Below are positions 7,082 through 12,565 of a stretch of 14,342 bases of DNA, piece after piece (the first letter of the stretch is position 1; each line of letters opens with the position of its first letter). The stretch is from Chthonomonadales bacterium (lineage in GTDB: Bacteria > Armatimonadota > Chthonomonadetes > Chthonomonadales > Chthonomonadaceae). The notes below the pieces were generated by a model. It was given only the letters and a program-made list of their open reading frames with translations, was not told the origin of the DNA and ran no database searches. The position numbers and the translations under genes were made by a program. The stretch is taken from the NCBI GenBank assembly GCA_038217285.1, contig JBBQPO010000160.1, positions 1 through 14,342 on the forward strand, in the 5' to 3' direction.

Positions 7082-10000
7082 CTATTTTAGGAGGTCCGGG
7101 CGGCGCGTGATGACGTTGTGCTGAATCGCTTGCTCCTGACGGACGAGCCAGTCGGGTTTGGGCTTGATGATCGCGTCGGCGTGTTCGTGGATCCGCTGGG
7201 CAAGGTTGTTGTCGGCGGGATGGGCGCGCTGATAGGGGCCGATCAGATCCGTTGTGGTCTCGTCGACCTTGAAGCGGCGATAGAGGGCCTCATGGGTACT
7301 CGCCTCGTGCAGGGATGCGGGATCGCCTTTGCCCCGGTAACATTTCATCAGGTTATAGTGCGCGGCGATGTCTTCCGGATCGATGCTGAGGGTGGCGCGC
7401 AGGTGCGTGATCGCCTCGTCGTAGCGGCCCAGTCGGAACAGGATGGTACCCGCCAGATTACGCACGTTACGATCTTCCGGGAAGACCTCGATCACCTGTG
7501 CCAGTATCGCCATGCTCTCTTCGAGCTTGCCCTGGTCGAACTGTGTCTGCGCGTAGAAGAACTGCGTGCGGGCTTTCTGGTACGGCGTCATTGGCGTCGG
7601 CGTAGCGGCGTAGAGGGCGAACGCCTTTTCGAAGGCGGCCTGCGCCGCCCGGCTGTCGCGCTCGGCCTGACGGACGCGCCCGATGTTGACGTAGCCCTCC
7701 GGCCATTTGGGAGCGACCTTCGTCACCTGCTCGAAGGCGTTGGTGGCGTGGCGGAAGTCGCCCTGCAGTAGCAGTCCGATCCCGTAGTCGTTCCAGCGAA
7801 TGCGCTCCTTTTTCTTCCCGGCATCATCGAGAGGGGGAGCGGCGGGAGCGTCCGGGGCGCTATGGGCATCCACGACGGGCAGGGTGACCTGATCCTGCGC
7901 CAGCACGGTGATCGGAAGGATGGGTACGGATTTGGTAGGTCCAGAGACCGTGGAGAGATCGCCATCGTAGAGCGCGGGGCGGTCGTCCCACCCGTGTCCT
8001 ACCGGGCCGCTCTTCTTCCCGAGGCCGAGGCCGACCGGCACCGCGTTCGAGCCGTCGGCGGTGGAGCCGGGGAGCGTGTCTTTTGTACGGCCCGCATAGG
8101 CGAAGCGGTTGTTCCACCAGTTGAACTTGCGGTAGTTGAGCTTCGCGGTCAGCGTGACGGTCTTGCCGCAGTCTTTCGGAACCGGCAGGCGGAAATGCAC
8201 GGCGTCGGCAGCGCCGGGTGGGATCACCTTGGCGTAGACGACGGAGCGGCCCGCCCAGGCGTTACGGCGGAAGATCGGGTTACTGTGACCGTCCACGAGC
8301 AGGGAACGGTACTTCTCCGCGCCATCCTCGACCGGGCCATCGGGCCACTGGAGCTTGCCGCTGTGATAGAGGACGCGGCCGGTTTCGTCTTTCGCTTCCA
8401 GTTCTACCCAGCAGTCCACCGCGTCGATGGTTCCGCCGGGGAAGGCATGACCGAGCTTCAGCGTCCGCACCACGACCTCGACCAGCGGGTTCTCTCCGCG
8501 TCGTAGCGCCGCGCCGACGCCGCCCCGATTGAGGGGAGCGGTCAGGGTTTCGGCCACATTGGAGGCGTTCGCTGCCGCCGTGATCGGCCCTTCGGTATCA
8601 CCGTTCAGGTTGGCGGCTTTCGGCGTCTCTGTCGGCATCTTGCTGGCCGGGGCCTGTCCGGCGCTGTTCTTCGTCGTCGGCTTGCTCTCTCCTGCCTCCT
8701 GCCTTCGGAGGGCGAAGATGTCGATGGAGAGCGCCTTGTCCTGAAGGAACTTGACGGTGGTTTCCAACTGCACGGGATCGTGATAGGCCGTGGGCAGGGC
8801 GGTGTTGGCGCCGGGGAAGCGATGGGAGTGCACCTGACCTCCGAAGTTGCCGGCATCCTGCGAAGCGATATTGGGCATATGGCAGTCGGCGCATTTTTTG
8901 AAGGCGGGCTGCCCGGTCTTCTCGTTGGAGGGATAGTAGAACGAGACCGCGCCGAAGCCGGAGACGCCGCTGCCCTGCCAGGAGTCGTAGTCGTTGAAGC
9001 CCCGGAACCAGCGGTAGCCATTCACCGGCACATCGAGATGCACCTTGTGGCAGGAGGAGCAGAACTTGGCGGTCTGGTCGGTATGGATGGGGCGCAGGAA
9101 GGTCTTCTTGTGGGGCTCCGGCGCCAGGCGCGTCAGAAACTTCTGGACCGACTGCGCCATCGGATTTGCGGTGATGATATATTTGTGCATCGGCGGGTAG
9201 TCGGCCAGATAGTCGCTGTTGCCCATCGTGCTCTTGACATGAACGATCGAATGGCAGACGGCGCACCCGATTCCAGCATGGGACTCGGGATACTTCTCGG
9301 CCGGGAAGTCGTGCGCGGCGATGGGGACGTCGAAGCGTGACGCGCCGGGCTTTTTCGGGTCTTCGGTTAGAAGGACGGCCATGTCGTGGCATCCGCCGCA
9401 CCATTTAGACGATTTGACGCCGCTGACCTCCTGCATATACTCGATAGCCTTGCGGTACCACTGGTTGTTGAAGGAGGAGAGGTGGTGCGCGGAGGAGTTC
9501 CACTGGGCGTAGATGTCCGGATGGCAGCCCTGCACGCCGCACGACTTCGAGTCGACGAAATACTCGGAGGGGAAAAACTGTTTATCGACCGACTGCGCGG
9601 ACGCGGGGAAGAACTTCCCGTCCTTGCCGTCGCCCTCATCGTAGGCGGTCATGGGCGGCACGGTAGGATTGACGATCCGGCTCTCTTTGGTGGGCACGTA
9701 GATCGTGTAGGCGAGCATCGCGGCGAAGGGCAGGCCGAACAGCAGGCCGAGCCGCAGCGCCACCCGGGCCTGTTGGCGCTCCGGGGCGTCCTGCACGGCA
9801 CGGCGCGCCCGCAGCAAGAGGTAGAGGGCTCCACTGCCGAGGAAAGCCCAGGTCGCGATGTTGTGTAAGCGCAGCAATGGGAGCCGGGCGCTCAACGAGA
9901 GCCACTGGAATCCGATGGCAAGAAACCCCAGCCCGGTCAGCAGGCAGACCGCGAACGTCAGCGCGGTCAGCGCCCCGAAGACCGCCACCGCTCCCTGCTT

Positions 10001-10273
10001 TTCCCGAAACGCCGCCATCACGGCTTTGAGGCGTCTGACGAGCGCCCAGGTCGCGACCAGCCCCAGTCCGAGATGCAGCAGCAGCGAGCCTTCGTAGGCG
10101 AACGCGGAGAGTGGGATGCGCGGCGGGCCGGAGGCGTGGTTGGCGAGGTAGAGGTAGGCGGTATCGATCAGCAGGATCGCCAGCAGAAGCGGCATTGTCG
10201 GTCGAAAGCGTCGGCGCGGATGTGCCTCGTCGGCAGCGACGGAAGGCATGGAGACAGGATTAAAAATGGCCAT
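7082..10273 (-). CDS. Membrane-anchored multiheme c-type cytochrome (c554-like) with C-terminal TPR repeats (~1063 aa)
   Basis: About five N-terminal hydrophobic helices; CxxCH at 9386-9400 (CGGCH), 9251-9265 (CAVCH), 9047-9061 (CSSCH), 8879-8893 (CADCH) plus CGVQGCH at 9521-9541; SHRFPGAN and GHAFPGG motifs; TPR-like helices (RWNDYGIGLL...AAHYNLMKCY, approx. 7330-7800). Start ATG 10273 (weak AGGGA) preferred over 10333; uncertain. Confidence 0.85.
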   Translation of the reverse strand: MAIFNPVSMPSVAADEAHPRRRFRPTMPLLLAILLIDTAYLYLANHASGPPRIPLSAFAYEGSLLLHLGLGLVATWALVRRLKAVMAAFREKQGAVAVFGALTALTFAVCLLTGLGFLAIGFQWLSLSARLPLLRLHNIATWAFLGSGALYLLLRARRAVQDAPERQQARVALRLGLLFGLPFAAMLAYTIYVPTKESRIVNPTVPPMTAYDEGDGKDGKFFPASAQSVDKQFFPSEYFVDSKSCGVQGCHPDIYAQWNSSAHHLSSFNNQWYRKAIEYMQEVSGVKSSKWCGGCHDMAVLLTEDPKKPGASRFDVPIAAHDFPAEKYPESHAGIGCAVCHSIVHVKSTMGNSDYLADYPPMHKYIITANPMAQSVQKFLTRLAPEPHKKTFLRPIHTDQTAKFCSSCHKVHLDVPVNGYRWFRGFNDYDSWQGSGVSGFGAVSFYYPSNEKTGQPAFKKCADCHMPNIASQDAGNFGGQVHSHRFPGANTALPTAYHDPVQLETTVKFLQDKALSIDIFALRRQEAGESKPTTKNSAGQAPASKMPTETPKAANLNGDTEGPITAAANASNVAETLTAPLNRGGVGAALRRGENPLVEVVVRTLKLGHAFPGGTIDAVDCWVELEAKDETGRVLYHSGKLQWPDGPVEDGAEKYRSLLVDGHSNPIFRRNAWAGRSVVYAKVIPPGAADAVHFRLPVPKDCGKTVTLTAKLNYRKFNWWNNRFAYAGRTKDTLPGSTADGSNAVPVGLGLGKKSGPVGHGWDDRPALYDGDLSTVSGPTKSVPILPITVLAQDQVTLPVVDAHSAPDAPAAPPLDDAGKKKERIRWNDYGIGLLLQGDFRHATNAFEQVTKVAPKWPEGYVNIGRVRQAERDSRAAQAAFEKAFALYAATPTPMTPYQKARTQFFYAQTQFDQGKLEESMAILAQVIEVFPEDRNVRNLAGTILFRLGRYDEAITHLRATLSIDPEDIAAHYNLMKCYRGKGDPASLHEASTHEALYRRFKVDETTTDLIGPYQRAHPADNNLAQRIHEHADAIIKPKPDWLVRQEQAIQHNVITRRPDLLK

Positions 10274-10452
10274 GGCGGTCAGATCCCTAAAATGTTCGGT
10301 ATGTGTAAGATAAAAAGGGCGTTCGAGCGGCACGTACAGTCCGCCACTCTACCTTTACACTCTACTCTGCCGACATTAAAGCCAACTTAAACCCGGATTA
10401 AAAAAAATTAATCTCTCCCTGCCCGCAGACGAGTTCCTGACCTTGCGCCGGA

Positions 10453-10469
10453 TACAATATTCTACTATG
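10453..10469 (+). promoter_or_regulatory. Putative -10 element for a leaderless transcript of the Rpn-like gene
   Basis: TACAAT (10453-10458) lies 8 nt before ATG 10467, with no Shine-Dalgarno in between. Confidence 0.45.
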
Positions 10470-11438
10470 GATCACGACCGCCTTTTTAAGGAACTTCTGA
10501 CTGTTTTCTTTGTCGAATTCGTGCAGCTCTTTCTGCCCGATGTGGTCGCCTATCTGGACCCAGCCTCCATCGAGTTTTTGGATAAGGAGGTCTTCACCGA
10601 CGTTACGGCTGGCGAGAAGCACGAAGTCGATCTGCTGGTGAAGGCCCGCTTTCAGGGAGAGGAGGCCTTCTTCCTCGTCCATGTCGAAAATCAGTCCAAG
10701 ACACAATCGGACTTCCCCGAGCGCATGTTCTCCTACTTCGCTCGCCTGCATCAGAAGTACCAGCTGCCCATCTACCCCATTGTTCTCTTCTCCCATGACG
10801 CGCCACAGCGCCCCGAACCACACCGATACCAGATAGCCTTTCCCGGCAAAACTGTGTTACAATTCGATTATGAGGTGATACAGTTGAATCGGCTGTCGTG
10901 GCGCAATTATGTCTCGACGCCCAATCCGGTCGCGAGTGCGCTGATGGCAAAGATGAAAATCGCGCCCCAGGACAGGCCGAAGGTACGCAACGAATGCCTG
11001 CGCCTGTTGGCAACGCTTAAACTCGACCCCGCCCGGTCGAGGCTGATCGGCGGATTTATAGAGACGTATCTGCAATTGAGCGCCGCAGAGATGAAACAGT
11101 ATGAGCGGGAGTTTGCGAAACTCGCTCCCGAAGAACAGGAGGCAACGATGGAACTGATGAACAGTTGGGAGAGAAAAGGAAGGGAAGCAGGGTTCCAGGA
11201 AGCCCTAGAACTGATCGATAGTTCGGTGAAAAAAGGCAGACAGGAGGGCAAACAGGAGGGCAAAGAAGAACTGGTCGTCCATCAGATTCGGCATCGCTTC
11301 GGAACAGTTGCCGGACCTGTCGTGGAACGGTTGGAGCGTTTGTCGTCCGAGCAAATCGACGCTCTTGCCGTAGCCCTCCTTGACTTCAAAACTCCTGCCG
11401 ATCTCGAAGTCTGGCTCTCACGAAACCGTCCGCAGTAA
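10467..11438 (+). CDS. Rpn family recombination-promoting nuclease/putative transposase (PD-(D/E)XK fold) with DUF4351-like C-terminus (323 aa)
   Basis: N-terminus MDHDRLFKELL..FFVEF; catalytic-like EVDLLVKA..LVHVENQS; FPERMFSYFARL, PIYPIVLFS, NPVASALMAKM; G-x-x-E-G repeats, then QIRHRFG..LSSEQIDALAVALLDF..DLEVWL. Confidence 0.85.
   Translation: MDHDRLFKELLTVFFVEFVQLFLPDVVAYLDPASIEFLDKEVFTDVTAGEKHEVDLLVKARFQGEEAFFLVHVENQSKTQSDFPERMFSYFARLHQKYQLPIYPIVLFSHDAPQRPEPHRYQIAFPGKTVLQFDYEVIQLNRLSWRNYVSTPNPVASALMAKMKIAPQDRPKVRNECLRLLATLKLDPARSRLIGGFIETYLQLSAAEMKQYEREFAKLAPEEQEATMELMNSWERKGREAGFQEALELIDSSVKKGRQEGKQEGKEELVVHQIRHRFGTVAGPVVERLERLSSEQIDALAVALLDFKTPADLEVWLSRNRPQ
11148..11438 (+). CDS. Predicted in-frame internally initiated small C-terminal protein (RpnS-like antitoxin, 96 aa)
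   Basis: AGGAGG at 11137-11142, 5-nt spacer, in-frame ATG 11148 at the nuclease/C-terminal domain boundary (MELMNSWERKG...). Confidence 0.6.
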   Translation: MELMNSWERKGREAGFQEALELIDSSVKKGRQEGKQEGKEELVVHQIRHRFGTVAGPVVERLERLSSEQIDALAVALLDFKTPADLEVWLSRNRPQ

Positions 11439-11496
11439 AGTAGCAACACATAGGCGCAGACGAACACTCTACCTGCGTAAGGCCGGACAAAACGAC

Positions 11497-11530
11497 GACC
11501 CCTCCTCGGAACGTATTTCGAGAAGGGGTC
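11497..11530. terminator. Hairpin terminator between convergent rpn-like gene and tRNA-Glu
   Basis: GACCCCTCCTCGGAA-CGTA-TTTCGAGAAGGGGTC, a 15-bp imperfect stem; followed on the minus strand by GTCGTTTTG. Confidence 0.65.
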
Positions 11531-11586
11531 TGTTCACTGACTGCACCTTGAGCACGTTACAACAAAACGGCACTTCAAGAGCTTGA

Positions 11587-11658
11587 TAGGGATACGGGGA
11601 ATCGAACCCCGGTTACCGAGCTGAGAACCCGACGTCCTGACCGCTAGACGATATCCCC
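11587..11658 (-). tRNA. tRNA-Glu (anticodon CTC), CCA not encoded
   Basis: Reverse complement folds as a cloverleaf: acceptor GGGGATA/TATCCCT, D-arm GTCTAGCGGTCAGGAC, anticodon arm TCGGG-TTCTCAG-CTCGG, variable loop TAAC, T-arm CGGGG-TTCGATT-CCCCG, discriminator A. Confidence 0.96.
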
Positions 11659-11686
11659 ACAACAAAGGTTGCCTTACAGCGAAACT

Positions 11687-11715
11687 ATTCTATCATAGCC
11701 CTTGCCGTTTGTCAA
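11687..11715 (-). promoter_or_regulatory. Sigma70-type promoter of tRNA-Glu
   Basis: Minus strand TTGACA (11715-11710) - 17 nt - TAGAAT (11692-11687) with extended TGn; ends 28 nt upstream of the tRNA 5' end. Confidence 0.85.
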
Positions 11716-11825
11716 GGTCGTGAACGGAGATTTCGCGCTTGGATTGGAGACATGGGGGCGCCTGACATCCGGCAGTCTCACTTTCCCCTGGCCCTCAATG
11801 GCACCACGACGAAGGGCTTTGTGCA

Positions 11826-12350
11826 TCACTTGGCAAACTTCCAGAGATCCGCTGTCTGCCGGACATTGCTCGTGAAACCGTCGATCTCTTTGCGGAGAAC
11901 GGCAGCAACGATGGCGCGATTGTCAAAAGAACGATGCAGATAGAGTTTTTTTTGGTCCTTATCGAAATAGAAGGCGGAAGGATCGATATCGCCGTTACTG
12001 ACCAGGAGATTCAGCCATTGCGGAGCCGAGACACTCGTCGGATCCTCCACTTTGCCCAGATTGGCATTCAAACCTATTTTTCTGCCATCGGGAGAGAGCA
12101 CGATCTGAACGTTCACAATCCAGGTGTCCTGTTTCGTCACCAGCAAATACCCTTTGCTCAGTTTCTTCGGCTCGAAGCCCATATTCTCCAGAGTCGTCTT
12201 CAGCGTGTCGTCCGTCAGGGTCTGGCTCGTCACCTCCGCCTGTTTCGGAGGATCCTGGTTTGTGTTCTGCGCATGGAGACCGTCGCTCAAAGCGGTACAT
12301 CCCCATAGCACGATCAATAACAGCGCCGTTGCCGAAAATACTTTTTGCAT
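11826..12350 (-). CDS. Secreted hypothetical protein, YbjN/CesT (type III chaperone-like) fold suspected (174 aa)
   Basis: AGGAG 5 nt before ATG 12350; signal peptide MQKVFSATALLLIVLWGCTALSDGLHA|Q; mature pattern LKTTLENMGFEP..VQIVLSPDGRKIGLNANL..LLVSN..FYFD..LYLHRSFDN..LRKEIDGF..LW resembles YbjN/CesT-type domains (fold call is pattern recognition only). Confidence 0.6.
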   Translation of the reverse strand: MQKVFSATALLLIVLWGCTALSDGLHAQNTNQDPPKQAEVTSQTLTDDTLKTTLENMGFEPKKLSKGYLLVTKQDTWIVNVQIVLSPDGRKIGLNANLGKVEDPTSVSAPQWLNLLVSNGDIDPSAFYFDKDQKKLYLHRSFDNRAIVAAVLRKEIDGFTSNVRQTADLWKFAK

Positions 12351-12565
12351 TATCTCTCCTATTGTCCGCGTTCGTATCACACCGAGGGGTTGTGGCCGTG
12401 ATCTCATTTTCACCGCAGTTCGCACGCCATCACGAGGCGCATCTTACCTGAAAGTATACGATAATTCTGCGTAGAATGTTATTGCAGGCAGGCAGTGGAA
12501 GGCAGGATTCGCGCACGAAAGAGAGAATGAAGCAGTACGTATTCAGGCCCAGGAGCGGACACGCC

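Noticed and set aside
564-10273. MsrA using the multiheme cytochrome as an MsrQ-like electron donor
   Set aside because: The genes are convergent and separated by terminators, and MsrA uses thiol chemistry; there is no sequence evidence of linkage.
10398-10823. 141-aa minus-strand ORF
   Set aside because: Overlaps the rpn 5' end antisense and runs into the AT-rich intergenic dyad; no motif support.
10467-11438. IS element or active transposase
   Set aside because: No terminal inverted repeats and no DDE or HUH motifs; Rpn-family proteins are not demonstrated transposases.
11587-11610. tRNA-anchored integrative element (attL/attR)
   Set aside because: I found no second copy of the tRNA 3' end and no integrase in the window; a partner site outside the window cannot be excluded.
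12397-12414. CRP/FNR-like site (GTGA...TCAC)
   Set aside because: The half-site spacer is 8 nt rather than 6 and the flanks are non-consensus.
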